In this document: in pieces, positions 21,202 through 31,110 of the stretch | Layout: each line of letters begins with the position of its first letter | Position numbering within the stretch: the first letter of the stretch is position 1 | DNA from: an uncultured Akkermansia sp. | Lineage (GTDB): Bacteria > Verrucomicrobiota > Verrucomicrobiia > Verrucomicrobiales > Akkermansiaceae | Assembly (NCBI GenBank): GCA_944390825.1 | Contig: CALXRG010000007.1 | Span: 35,245 to 99,244 of the forward strand | DNA: 64,000 nt | Direction of reading: 5' to 3' | Notes under the pieces: model-generated | The model's input: the letters and a program-made list of their open reading frames with translations, nothing else | What the model was told of the DNA's origin: nothing | Databases searched by the model: none | Program-made: the position numbers and the translations under genes

Positions 21202-24003
21202 ATGCTCACTTCTCTCTTTGCCGTGGATACCAAGTATTACTTCACCAATGCCCAGCGAAAAATCCTGGGGCCGTGTACTCTCCGGGAGATTCTGCGTCTG
21301 GCGCAGCAGGGTGAAGTAGACGCGCAAACCGCAATTGTCCGACCGGCTGACAGTCCGCACTGGATGTCGTTCCTCGCCGCATTGCAGCGGGATGTCAGCG
21401 CTCAGGCTGCCCCCGCGGCGCACCAGGCTCCGGCAGTCACCCCCGGACAGTATGCTGAGAAAAGCATCACCTTCCGGGTTTCACCCCAGACGCCCTCCGC
21501 GGCCCGGGTAACCCAGTCATCACAGGCGATACAGGCAGGCCGCGGGGCAGGACTGAATCCCGCAGCTGCACCCGGGGGTGTACCCGCCCCAGGCACAACT
21601 ATCGGCAACACCGCATCAAAGCCCCCGCGATCCCAGGTCAACTTCCGGGCCCCGCAGTTGCCCGGCAATGAAGCCGTGAACTCCCTATCATCCGGCGCAG
21701 GTCCCGCAATCACCAGCCCTGCCCCGGCAGCGGGGACACCATCCCCGGCACAACCTCCTTCCGCGCCGAAGCCGCCGGATGCAGCGACGATGGCTCCGCC
21801 GGCAGCGGCAACAATACCGCCACAAGCACCATCCACACCCGGCACACCTCCCCCGGTAACCCCGCTTCCTTCACCGCAACCGGGGGTATCCCGGTCAGCG
21901 TCTGCCCGGTCTGCGTCTGTATGTGCCGCCAAGCCTGCCCGGCCCGTTGGCACCCGGCCTGCGGGAAATGCAGCGAAGCGGACACGCAGCCGGGGCTGTT
22001 TCATTGCTACGGGTGTGTTGTTTGCCTGCTGTGCAGTGGCCGCGGTTGCCGGTTACCGCTATGCGGCGCAGTTGCAGGGGGCGCTGGACAGGCTGCATGC
22101 GGAACTGCGGGCGACTCTGCCCACAGAGTGGGCCACCCGCCTGCCGGAATCGTTCACACTCCCGATTTTCGGCTGTGCCGGGTCAGAAGAGCAAGCTGTG
22201 GAACTCAGCCCGACCGAGCAGCTGTTCCAAGCCATCCGCCTGCAGAACATTCCCGATCTCAAAAAACTGTTGCAGTCTGATTTCCTGGCACAGGAGCAGA
22301 CCGTTTTCTTCCAGGGGCGCACCCCGCTCACGCTGGCAGCTGAGCATGGTCTGGCAGATGAAGCGGAGGTGTTGCTGCTGTATTCACGGGGCAATCCCGA
22401 ACTCTATGACTGCCCGACGGGACTGAATGCGATGCAGATCGCTGCTTACCACGGGCAAGTGAACGTGGTGAAGCTGCTGTTGCGGCACCAGTGCGCGATG
22501 CAGACGCAGGATTCACCCTTCTCCGCGATGGATTGTGCTGCTGCCCGCGGCCAGGACAGTATCATCCGTATTCTGACGGATGCGGGAGCGCCTCCACCCC
22601 GTGAGCTGGATGCCGCCGACCGTCTCGCCCTGGCCGCAATGGCCCAGGATGAACAGGGGGTGGCGGATCTGCTGGCTCAGGGTACGGATGTCAATGCAGC
22701 CGATGCAGAAGGCCGTACTGCGCTCCACCGCCTGGCGGCAGCCGGGCAGCACGGGGCGCTGCGCCTGCTGCTGTCCAAGGGGGCCGACCCGCAGCGCACG
22801 ACAGCTCGCGGCTGCACTCCCCTGCACATTGCGGCCGAGAATAACCGCGCGGAATCTCTGGCGATTCTGCTGGCCAAGGGAGCTCCGATCGCGGCGGTGG
22901 ATCGCATGGGCTCGACTGCGCTGCACCTGGCAGCGGCCAGAGGCGCGGAGCAGGCAGCGGCGGTGTTGCTGGCCCAGGGGGCGGACATACGGGCAGTGAA
23001 TCTCCAGGGGTACACGCCGCTGCATCTGGCGGGCACGCCGGCTATGGCGGAGCTGCTGATTGCCCACGGGGCGGACCCGAAGGTGACTGCTGCGAAAGAC
23101 GGGCGCACGCCGTTGCATCTGGCAGTGGCAGCGGGCAATGCCGATGTGGTGGCCCTGCTATTATCTGCCGGGGCGGACATCCAAGCGGCCGATACCGAGG
23201 GCAACACAGCGCTGCACGTGGCAGCCGGACAGGGTGATACGCGACTGATGGGGCTGCTGCTGGAGCGCGGAGCGACGCTGTCCGGCCTGAATGCTCACGG
23301 GCAGACGCCGCTGCATCTGGCTGCATCTGCCGGTGCCACACCGGCGGTGAAGTGGCTGCTGCTCAAGGCGTGTGACCCCAATGCCCGCGATCAGTACGGC
23401 AACACGCCGGTACACATGGCCGCACGCAGCAATCAACCGGCAGTCATTGCCCCGCTGGTCTTCAAGGGAGCCGACGTCAACCTGCCCAACAACCAGAACA
23501 GCACCCCGCTGATGCTGGCTGCGGAAAACGGCGCCTCTGCGGCAATGGAAACGCTGCTGGCCAAGGGGGCAAAGCCCGAAGCAACCATGCCGAACGGCAC
23601 CAATGCCCTGCATCTGGCGGCCAGACAGGGCCAAACGGATGCCGTCAGGCTGCTGCTGGACAGGGGCGCGGCTATCGATCAACTCGACGGCCAGGGCTAC
23701 TCGGCACTGCTGCTGGCGGTGGAAAAAGGCAAGGCGGACACGGTTGAGCTGCTGCTAAGCCGGGGTGCCAACCACGGGCTGAGGATCAACAGCGGTTTCA
23801 CGGCGCTGCACCTCGCCGCATATGAGGGGCATGAGCCGGTGCTCCGTCTGCTGCTCCGGTATGGGGCAGACCCCACCGCGACCAACAACTTCGGCAAAAC
23901 CCCGCTGGATGTGGCCCGCAACTGCAACCGGACAGGTCTTATCCCCGTCCTGGAGCAGGCAGAGGAAAACGCCAGGCAGGCGGACAGTGCGCTGCTTCCC
24001 TGA
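21202..24003 (+). CDS. GYF_2-like domain + Pro/Ala linker + TM helix + about 17 ankyrin repeats
   Basis: YYFTNAQRKILGPCTLREI...W N-terminus; single hydrophobic helix GCFIATGVLFACCAVAAVAGY; repeated G-x-T-(P/A)-L-H-x-A-A units. Confidence 0.9.
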   Translation: MLTSLFAVDTKYYFTNAQRKILGPCTLREILRLAQQGEVDAQTAIVRPADSPHWMSFLAALQRDVSAQAAPAAHQAPAVTPGQYAEKSITFRVSPQTPSAARVTQSSQAIQAGRGAGLNPAAAPGGVPAPGTTIGNTASKPPRSQVNFRAPQLPGNEAVNSLSSGAGPAITSPAPAAGTPSPAQPPSAPKPPDAATMAPPAAATIPPQAPSTPGTPPPVTPLPSPQPGVSRSASARSASVCAAKPARPVGTRPAGNAAKRTRSRGCFIATGVLFACCAVAAVAGYRYAAQLQGALDRLHAELRATLPTEWATRLPESFTLPIFGCAGSEEQAVELSPTEQLFQAIRLQNIPDLKKLLQSDFLAQEQTVFFQGRTPLTLAAEHGLADEAEVLLLYSRGNPELYDCPTGLNAMQIAAYHGQVNVVKLLLRHQCAMQTQDSPFSAMDCAAARGQDSIIRILTDAGAPPPRELDAADRLALAAMAQDEQGVADLLAQGTDVNAADAEGRTALHRLAAAGQHGALRLLLSKGADPQRTTARGCTPLHIAAENNRAESLAILLAKGAPIAAVDRMGSTALHLAAARGAEQAAAVLLAQGADIRAVNLQGYTPLHLAGTPAMAELLIAHGADPKVTAAKDGRTPLHLAVAAGNADVVALLLSAGADIQAADTEGNTALHVAAGQGDTRLMGLLLERGATLSGLNAHGQTPLHLAASAGATPAVKWLLLKACDPNARDQYGNTPVHMAARSNQPAVIAPLVFKGADVNLPNNQNSTPLMLAAENGASAAMETLLAKGAKPEATMPNGTNALHLAARQGQTDAVRLLLDRGAAIDQLDGQGYSALLLAVEKGKADTVELLLSRGANHGLRINSGFTALHLAAYEGHEPVLRLLLRYGADPTATNNFGKTPLDVARNCNRTGLIPVLEQAEENARQADSALLP

Positions 24004-24028
24004 GCCTCAGACCTAACCGGATTCGCTC

Positions 24029-24057
24029 TTGACTTGCAGCGGGGCTTCTTCTATACT
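24029..24057 (+). promoter_or_regulatory. sigma70-like promoter of the small ankyrin gene
   Basis: TTGACT-17-TATACT. Confidence 0.75.
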
Positions 24058-24081
24058 GGGCGCGTTGCGACGCGCGGTTTT

Positions 24082-24651
24082 ATGAAGTTTTCGCCTAACA
24101 TCGGTAAACTTGTTTTCAGGCTTTACATGGCTTTGATTGCTTTGCTGGTGGTCGGGGTTGTGGTGCTGATTGCTCCGCTGTTCACTTGCGGTGATGCTTT
24201 GCTGGCGGTGCTGCGCGGCGATCTCGACGCGGCTTTGGTCTGCTCGGCTGAGGATGATCAGTGGCTGGTGTCCCGCAGCCTGCTCAACGCCGGCGCCAAT
24301 CCTAATGCGACACGGGAGGATGGCTGTTCCCTGCTGTCGGTGATGATCGTGAAGGGCAATACCCCGATGGTCCGTCTGCTGCTCTCCAAGGGGGCCGACC
24401 CATCTGCTGCTGATGGCCGGGGGCGTACGGCTCTGGAGCTCGCCCGTGAACTTCAGCGCACTGAGCTGATCGGTCTGCTGGAATCTTATACAGCCGGTGA
24501 GTCTGCCGAGACTGCCGAAACTGCCGGGTCTGCTTCATCAGCTGCCGCAGACGGGGCATGCGGGGCTTCCGAAGCCGCGGGCGGCGGGGCCGACACTGTG
24601 CAGAAGGAGGCAGCATTGCCGGATGATGTCACAGGCGCCCGCCTTCCCTGA
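24082..24651 (+). CDS. Small membrane-anchored ankyrin-repeat protein
   Basis: N-terminal hydrophobic helix; LLNAGANPNA, LLSKGADPSAADGRGRTALELA. Confidence 0.8.
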   Translation: MKFSPNIGKLVFRLYMALIALLVVGVVVLIAPLFTCGDALLAVLRGDLDAALVCSAEDDQWLVSRSLLNAGANPNATREDGCSLLSVMIVKGNTPMVRLLLSKGADPSAADGRGRTALELARELQRTELIGLLESYTAGESAETAETAGSASSAAADGACGASEAAGGGADTVQKEAALPDDVTGARLP

Positions 24652-24829
24652 CCGGCCCGCCCTTTCCCCACTCCCCCGGATCCGGAACTTTGATTCGGCC
24701 TGGGGGGGGTATTCCGGTTTTCGCGGCGCCGCAGGTGCACGATGCCACCACGGATGCCGCCCCGGATGCAGGCTGCACCATCGCCCGGCGCGGCAGGGTG
24801 CAGAGCCCTCCCGTGTACGTACTTTATCC

Positions 24830-24858
24830 TTGCGGTGACCCATGCTTTTATGTACAAT
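24830..24858 (+). promoter_or_regulatory. sigma70-like promoter of dnaX (leaderless type)
   Basis: TTGCGG-17-TACAAT; GTG at 24865 is 6 nt downstream and gives the canonical MSYQVFARKYRP start. Confidence 0.75.
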
Positions 24859-24864
24859 GCGCGC

Positions 24865-27057
24865 GTGAGTTATCAGGTCTTTGCCAGAAAGTATCGCCCG
24901 CGCACCTTCAAGGATGTGCTGGGGCAGGATCACGTGGTGCGTACACTGTGCAATGCTATTGAGCAGAAACGTCTGGCGCATGCTTACCTCTTCGTCGGCC
25001 CGCGTGGCACCGGCAAGACCTCAACCGCCCGTATTTTCGCCAAGGCACTCAACTGCACCGGCGGACCCAAGGTCGACTTTGACCCGGATGAGGACGTGTG
25101 CCGGGAGATCGCCGAGGGCCGCAGTCTCGATGTGCTGGAAATCGACGGTGCCTCCAACCGCGGCATCGAAAACATCCGCGACCTGCGCGAAAACGTCCAA
25201 TTTGCCCCAACGCGGGGCCAGTACCGCATCATTTACATCGATGAAGTGCACATGCTCACCAAGGAGTCTTTCAACGCCCTGCTGAAAACGCTGGAGGAAC
25301 CCCCGAGCCATGTCATGTTCATCTTTGCAACAACGGAACCACACAAGATCCTGCCGACGATCCTGTCGCGCTGTCAGCGCTTTGACCTGCGCCCCATCCC
25401 GGCAGAGATTATCGCCCGCCATCTCGTCAACATCGGGAGTCTTGAGGGGGTGAATCTGGAGTTGCCCGCCGCTTATGCCATCGCCCGAGTGGCGGATGGG
25501 GGCATGCGCGATGCCCAGTCCATGCTCGACCAGCTTGTTTCGTTCTGCGGCAACCACATCACGGAGCAAAATGTCAATGACATTTTCGGCGTAACAAGCC
25601 GCGACACCGTGGCGCGTGCGCTGGCCTACATCCTGGATCGCCAGCTGCCGAGCCTGCTCCACCTGGTGCATGAGCTGGCTGAGGCGGGCCGCGACATGGG
25701 ACAATTGCTCTCCGAGATAATGGGAGCTGTGCGCGAGCTGCTGATCAGCAAGGTAGCACCCGGCGAAAACACAGCATCGCTCCCGGAGCAATGGCGCGAC
25801 ACGCTCCACGCCCTGCTGGAGCGCACCCCGGCCGACAAAATCATCCGCCTGATGGAGGTCCTTTCCGCCGCAGAAGAACAAATGCGCTGGAGTTCCAACA
25901 AGCGCCTGCACCTCGAAATGGGTCTCATCCAGGCCGTCCACTCTTTGGCTGAAGCGAATATCAGCGATATCATCCGTGCACTCAACGGCGCTCCCCTCCC
26001 TGAGACTCCCATTGCCACGACGCTCCTGCCGGACATCCCCTTAGTTCCTGCTGAGGCCGGTGCCGCCGCCCAGCCTGATTCCGCACCGCGCACGGCTTTC
26101 GCGCCGGTGCCTGCCCCCGAGCCGTCCGCGACTCCGTTACCGGCGGGGCCTTCCGCTTGTTCACCGGCTGACTATCCGTCGGCCGCTCCCGCCCAGGCAG
26201 CCCCAGCCGTTCCCGCCCCGGCAGCATCCGAGCCGCCGAACGCCGACCCGGCGCCCTCTACTCCGGCGCCTACTCAGCTCTCCACTCCGGCGTCTGCCCC
26301 GGCGTTTCCGGAATCGGCTGCCACCGCTTCTGCCCAAGCATCCGGCGAATCAGCAGGCAACGCTTCTGCTGCCTCCATGCCCGATGGGCTGGAGCCGATC
26401 GACGACGCGCCTCCTGTGTTCGGTGCTCTGCCGGCGGCGGATCGCGTCCCTGCATCCGGCGAGGTTCTTCGGGCGGATGATGCACCTGCTGTAGGTGCTG
26501 CCTCTGCACCGGACCAGGAGCCGGCTTCTTTCGACGGCGGTTTCTCCCTGTTTGCAGATCTGCCGCCTGCCTCCGTGCCTGACGACGCCTTCGCAGCGAC
26601 ACCATCCCGCCCGATGACCCCGGAGCTATGGGAGGAATGCCTGACGCTCGCCCGCAGCAAATCCCCGCTCAAAGCCGGCCTGATCGGCAATACTGTCTTC
26701 ATCAGCGAAGAGGATGGGCGGCTGATTATAGCCGTCAACCCGGTTGATACGGATACCCGTGATACCCTGCTCAACGAAGATGTGCAAGCCATCCTGAATG
26801 AAGTAGCGGAGCCTCTTTGCGGCCACTGCTTCAGCATCACCATCTCAACAGACGACACGGTCCCCCTGCCGGAACCGGAACCTGAGCCGTCTCCCGCACC
26901 TGCGCCCAAGCCTTCAGCCAAAGCGGCAGCTCCCGCTCCCGAGGAAACCAAGCCGGCCGCTCCCGCTTCCCTGCGTCCTTCGGAGGAAGAGTTCTACCAC
27001 GACCCGCTCATTGAGCTGGCACTGAAGGAATTCCACGCCACACTCATCAAATCATAA
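24865..27057 (+). CDS. dnaX: DNA polymerase III subunit gamma/tau
   Basis: SYQVFARKYRP, Walker A GPRGTGKT, EIDGASN, IDEVHML, LLKTLEEPP, TILSRCQ; Pro/Ala linker. Confidence 0.97.
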   Translation: MSYQVFARKYRPRTFKDVLGQDHVVRTLCNAIEQKRLAHAYLFVGPRGTGKTSTARIFAKALNCTGGPKVDFDPDEDVCREIAEGRSLDVLEIDGASNRGIENIRDLRENVQFAPTRGQYRIIYIDEVHMLTKESFNALLKTLEEPPSHVMFIFATTEPHKILPTILSRCQRFDLRPIPAEIIARHLVNIGSLEGVNLELPAAYAIARVADGGMRDAQSMLDQLVSFCGNHITEQNVNDIFGVTSRDTVARALAYILDRQLPSLLHLVHELAEAGRDMGQLLSEIMGAVRELLISKVAPGENTASLPEQWRDTLHALLERTPADKIIRLMEVLSAAEEQMRWSSNKRLHLEMGLIQAVHSLAEANISDIIRALNGAPLPETPIATTLLPDIPLVPAEAGAAAQPDSAPRTAFAPVPAPEPSATPLPAGPSACSPADYPSAAPAQAAPAVPAPAASEPPNADPAPSTPAPTQLSTPASAPAFPESAATASAQASGESAGNASAASMPDGLEPIDDAPPVFGALPAADRVPASGEVLRADDAPAVGAASAPDQEPASFDGGFSLFADLPPASVPDDAFAATPSRPMTPELWEECLTLARSKSPLKAGLIGNTVFISEEDGRLIIAVNPVDTDTRDTLLNEDVQAILNEVAEPLCGHCFSITISTDDTVPLPEPEPEPSPAPAPKPSAKAAAPAPEETKPAAPASLRPSEEEFYHDPLIELALKEFHATLIKS

Positions 27058-27194
27058 CTCTCTGGCTTCTTCTTCACCTCTTTTCACAGCCTCACCTCTT
27101 TTCACAGCCGCCGCATCCCGCCGTCCTTTTCCTGTCAGTTCACCCTTCCGCCGTTCCGTCCATACACCCCCTCACCGCACCCCACCACCGCACC

Positions 27195-27497
27195 ATGAAC
27201 ATCCAGAAACTCATGAAACAGGCCCAGGCCATGCAAGCCAACATGGCCAACGCCCAAGCCCGTCTCGCAGAAAAAACCTTCACCGCCGAAGCAGCCGGCG
27301 GCAAAATCAAAGTCACCGCCAACGGCACCGGCATGGTGACAGACCTCGTGATCGACCCCGCTGTCATCGACCCCGACGACGTCGAGTTCCTGCAATCCCT
27401 CGTACTGAAAGCCGTGCAGGACGCCCTCAACGGCTCCAAGGACATGGCGGAGAATGAAATGCGCAAAGTGACCGGCGGCCTGGGCTTCCCGATGTAA
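27195..27497 (+). CDS. ybaB: YbaB/EbfC nucleoid-associated protein
   Basis: MNIQKLMKQAQAMQ...AAGGKIKVTANG...IDPDDVEFLQSLV; canonical position after dnaX. Confidence 0.95.
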   Translation: MNIQKLMKQAQAMQANMANAQARLAEKTFTAEAAGGKIKVTANGTGMVTDLVIDPAVIDPDDVEFLQSLVLKAVQDALNGSKDMAENEMRKVTGGLGFPM

Positions 27498-27626
27498 CCC
27501 GCCCTCCTTTCCGATGTAACCCGGCCCCACTTTTCCCCCTCCGGCAACCCATCATTCCCTCGCCACAGCAACCGTCAACCACGGCAACCGAAACCACGAC
27601 ACATCAGATTTCACACGGCATACCCC

Positions 27627-28673
27627 ATGCGCCCGCTTCTCATTACCTGTTTCATGCTTGGTTTGGTCTGTCCCCGTCTAGCGGCGGACGTGATCGATCT
27701 CGGCAAGTACCCTGCCAAAATCGTCCCGGAGCAGGTCGCGGTGCTCAACCTGCCGGAGCGTGGCCAAGTCACCGATATTCCCCGGGTGAATCGCCTGAAA
27801 AAAGGCGATACAGTGGCCATCGTCAACCGTGACCAGACAGCTGACGAACGCGAGGATATGGAACTGGCCCTCGAGCGCGAGCGTCTCAACACCCGCGATG
27901 AAATACGCAAACTCGAAGCCCAGCACAAGCAAGTCAGCTTCTACCTCAATCTCACAGAAGGTGAGCGCAAATATGCCACAGACATAGCAGGCCAGGAAGG
28001 AGGCCCGCCAACACGCGAAGCCTTGCGGGATATCGATGATCGCCTGAGTCTGGCCAAGCGCAATCTGTCCAGCATGGAGCGGCGCAAACGTGCTGAGTTT
28101 GAGCGCACCCATGAGAACCTGACACTGCGCATGCCCTTCGACGGGCGGATCCAGTACCACGTCACCCTCCCCGAGAACCCGGATACACCCTACGAACACA
28201 CCGGTGCAAACGTACAAAACTTCGCCACCGTCTGCGATGACTCAGCCTTTTACATCACGGTCTCCATATCAGGCAGCGAACTCTCCACCCTTCCCGAGCA
28301 CGCATTCAGCGCATACGTCGATCTGCCGGAAGGCAAGCGCATCAGCGGTACGTATGCATTCCGGCGCGTTGAGCGCAGCAACTCCGGCTCAGACATACTC
28401 GCCTACTACTTCCGGCTCCCGAAAGCCGATCACGAACTGGCCTACAACATGCTCGGCAGCAACTCCCAGGCCACCCTCCTCTTCGATGCCGGCAGCGACA
28501 CAAAGCGCGTCACCAAAGCCGAGCTCTCCCGGCACCCCGAAGCCGAACAGTGCGAAAGCTGGCGCGAACTGGTCGGACGCGCCTACCCGGACTACAACAT
28601 CGTACTCATCACCGCGCGCGAGATCGTATTGCGGCGCAAGCAAGTCCCTCCCGCTCCCGTTCCCGCCCCATGA
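27627..28673 (+). CDS. Periplasmic adaptor (membrane-fusion/HlyD-like) protein
   Basis: Signal peptide, lipoyl-like half (LKKGDTVA) around a long coiled-coil, LRMPFDGRI; first gene of an ABC cassette. Confidence 0.65.
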   Translation: MRPLLITCFMLGLVCPRLAADVIDLGKYPAKIVPEQVAVLNLPERGQVTDIPRVNRLKKGDTVAIVNRDQTADEREDMELALERERLNTRDEIRKLEAQHKQVSFYLNLTEGERKYATDIAGQEGGPPTREALRDIDDRLSLAKRNLSSMERRKRAEFERTHENLTLRMPFDGRIQYHVTLPENPDTPYEHTGANVQNFATVCDDSAFYITVSISGSELSTLPEHAFSAYVDLPEGKRISGTYAFRRVERSNSGSDILAYYFRLPKADHELAYNMLGSNSQATLLFDAGSDTKRVTKAELSRHPEAEQCESWRELVGRAYPDYNIVLITAREIVLRRKQVPPAPVPAP

Positions 28674-29302
28674 AACTCACCTGCGAGAGCCTCTGCTTCG
28701 GCTACAGCCGCAACATCCCGGTGATCCAGGACTTCTGCTTTGAGTTTACCCCTGGCATCACCATCCTGAAAGGCTACTCCGGCTCCGGCAAAACCACCGT
28801 TCTGAAACTCCTGGCCGGCTACCTGAAAGCCGACTCCGGCCGCATCATCACACCCAGCGGGGCCGACGTCACCAGCCGCCGCTACCGCCGGCAGGAAGTC
28901 ACCTACATGTTCCAGGGCATCAACCTGCTGCCCCTGCTCAGCGTCGAGCGCAACCTCCAGCTGGCCGCAGAAATGGCCATGATGGCCCGCCGGGTATGGA
29001 AACCCCGCAGCGAACACCTCCTGCGCGATCTCGGCCTCACAGCTCTGCGCTCCCGCCGCGCCGACAAACTCTCCGGCGGCCAGGCCCAGCGGGCCGCACT
29101 CGCCCGCACCCTCATGAAAGATGCCCCCATCGTCCTGCTGGACGAACCCACCTCCGGCCTCGACGACGACAACACCGCCATCATCAAAAAACTCGTCCTG
29201 CAGGATGCGGCGCAGCGCATCTGCATCATCAGCACGCACGACAGCCGCCTCTTCGAACTCGGCCATGTTATCCTGGATTTTGACCGCCCTGTATCTGGCT
29301 AA
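28670..29302 (+). CDS. ABC transporter ATP-binding protein
   Basis: Walker A GYSGSGKTT, signature LSGGQ, Walker B LLDEPT and H-loop STHD. Confidence 0.92.
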   Translation: MKLTCESLCFGYSRNIPVIQDFCFEFTPGITILKGYSGSGKTTVLKLLAGYLKADSGRIITPSGADVTSRRYRRQEVTYMFQGINLLPLLSVERNLQLAAEMAMMARRVWKPRSEHLLRDLGLTALRSRRADKLSGGQAQRAALARTLMKDAPIVLLDEPTSGLDDDNTAIIKKLVLQDAAQRICIISTHDSRLFELGHVILDFDRPVSG

Positions 29303-30416
29303 AGATACCCTGCACCGCTGGTGTACACGCATATCAAGCCCGCTGGCGCGCGTGCTTGTCGTCTTCTTTCTCTCGCTCTGCGCCCTCTTCTTTCTGGGCA
29401 ACTACGTCATCTCCACCAAAATCATCCGCCATCAAATCCTCCGCCAAGGCGGTGATCTGGTAGTCGTCACCATGATGGCCAGCGACGATCACCCCGTCTC
29501 TCTTCCCAACCGGGCAGAAATCGACACCATACTGGGAGCAGACTCCTACGCCCTGAACCGGATCGGCTTTGCGACAGCCGGAGATCGCCTGAGCATAGCA
29601 CTCTTCAGCTATGACTTTGCCCGCAGCTCGCAATTTGCCGAGCTGCTCAGTCCGAGCGGAGGCCCAGTACTGCTCACCCCCGCGGGCAACACCCGCATCC
29701 CCGCCGGCCCGTGCACCGTCAGCATAGGCGGGCGCAACGGCATTGAGCAAGACATCTACGTACGCCGGCTTCCCGATGACCACATGCTGCTGCGCATCCT
29801 GGGAGGAGCAGGCATCATCGCCCCCCCCGACAGCCTCGCGGGCATGCCCGACACCAAGCCCCGCTCCATCAGCCTGGTAGCACGCATCCGCGACCTTCAA
29901 TCCGCCGAGCCCATCCGCCGGGCAGAAGCCTACTTTGACAAATACTTCCGGTTAGAAGAATGCGACGGGCACGTCATCACAGCCGCCAAACTCCTCGAAC
30001 AGATGGACATCGTCCTGAGCAATCAGATGCAGTGCCGCCTGGCCTTCTGCGGCGGCATCGCCGGAATTGTCGGCATTCTGCTCACCGCTCTTGCCGGCAT
30101 GGAATACCGGCAAAACGAATACATCTACACCCTCATGAAAAGCTTTGGCATCCACCCGCTGATGCTCGTACTGGCCTACATGATAGAGAACACCCTACTG
30201 GTCGGAGCAGCCTTTGCCGCAGCCGTCTGGGTGTTCATGCAATTCCAGGGCATTATCCTGACCCAATTCTTCAAACTCGGGCAATTCACCCTCTCACTGG
30301 GAGAAATCCGGATGGAAATGCAACTCATCTGCGCCTCGCTGGCTCTCTGCATACTCATCTCCACGATACCGATTCTCGTCGCTGCCAATCGTGAAATCGG
30401 CCGCGTCCTCAAGTAA
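29265..30416 (+). CDS. FtsX/MacB-like ABC permease
   Basis: One N-terminal TM helix, large soluble loop, three C-terminal TM helices, YTLMKSFG motif region; overlaps the ATPase. Confidence 0.75.
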   Translation: MLSWILTALYLAKDTLHRWCTRISSPLARVLVVFFLSLCALFFLGNYVISTKIIRHQILRQGGDLVVVTMMASDDHPVSLPNRAEIDTILGADSYALNRIGFATAGDRLSIALFSYDFARSSQFAELLSPSGGPVLLTPAGNTRIPAGPCTVSIGGRNGIEQDIYVRRLPDDHMLLRILGGAGIIAPPDSLAGMPDTKPRSISLVARIRDLQSAEPIRRAEAYFDKYFRLEECDGHVITAAKLLEQMDIVLSNQMQCRLAFCGGIAGIVGILLTALAGMEYRQNEYIYTLMKSFGIHPLMLVLAYMIENTLLVGAAFAAAVWVFMQFQGIILTQFFKLGQFTLSLGEIRMEMQLICASLALCILISTIPILVAANREIGRVLK

Positions 30417-30670
30417 GAACACACACCAGCCAACTCCGCGCCCGCCCGAGCACCTCCTTCCCTCCCGGCACACCTCCTCCCCCGGCACAGCACCGCCCCC
30501 GGCACAGCGCACTTTTCCTCCCTGGCAAAACCCACTTTTCCCACATCTGCCTCACAGCCTCTTCTCACTATATCTCCCGTCGGGAGACATGAAATGCAGG
30601 CACCAAAAAGCAACGCCTGTCCCCAATGGCTAAGCAACCCTGACCAACGTCAAAAGCGGAAAGCACACCC

Positions 30671-31102
30671 ATGCTGCTCGCCGTCGGCTGTCTGCTGGCC
30701 GCCCTGTGGTGCACCATCGAGCCCGTCAGCCAACTGCTGCACAGCGAAGAAACCCAAGGGCGGGTCACCCGCGTGCAGTGGAATCGCCGGGTCCTCTCCT
30801 GGTCGACCTTTTCCCCCCAACTGCACTACACCTTCACCGTAGACGGAGAGCAGTACACCGGGCGGGAGCGAAAATCCCTGCGCCTGCTTCACCTGGGAGT
30901 CCAACCCAAAGGAAGCGCCATCTCCGTCCTCTACGACCCGGAACACCCCACCACCAACACCGCCAACACCTTCCGCGAACTCTGGGCCTGGCCCTCACTG
31001 CTTCTCCTGCTCAGCGCCGGTTTCCTCCTCCAGGCCTCCCGGAACCTGCGCAGCTGGGCGCACATCCGCAAGCGGCACCCCGACGCCGGCACCGGGCGCT
31101 GA
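30671..31102 (+). CDS. DUF3592-like membrane protein
   Basis: TM helix - TQGRV...YTFTVDGEQYTG...ISVLYDPEHP - TM helix. Confidence 0.7.
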   Translation: MLLAVGCLLAALWCTIEPVSQLLHSEETQGRVTRVQWNRRVLSWSTFSPQLHYTFTVDGEQYTGRERKSLRLLHLGVQPKGSAISVLYDPEHPTTNTANTFRELWAWPSLLLLLSAGFLLQASRNLRSWAHIRKRHPDAGTGR

Positions 31103-31110
31103 CATCCCGC

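Noticed and set aside
27489-27523. Duplicated ybaB 3' end as an integration (att) scar
   Set aside because: The two copies are only 22 bp apart with nothing between them and no integrase nearby; it is better explained as one of the many local tandem duplications.
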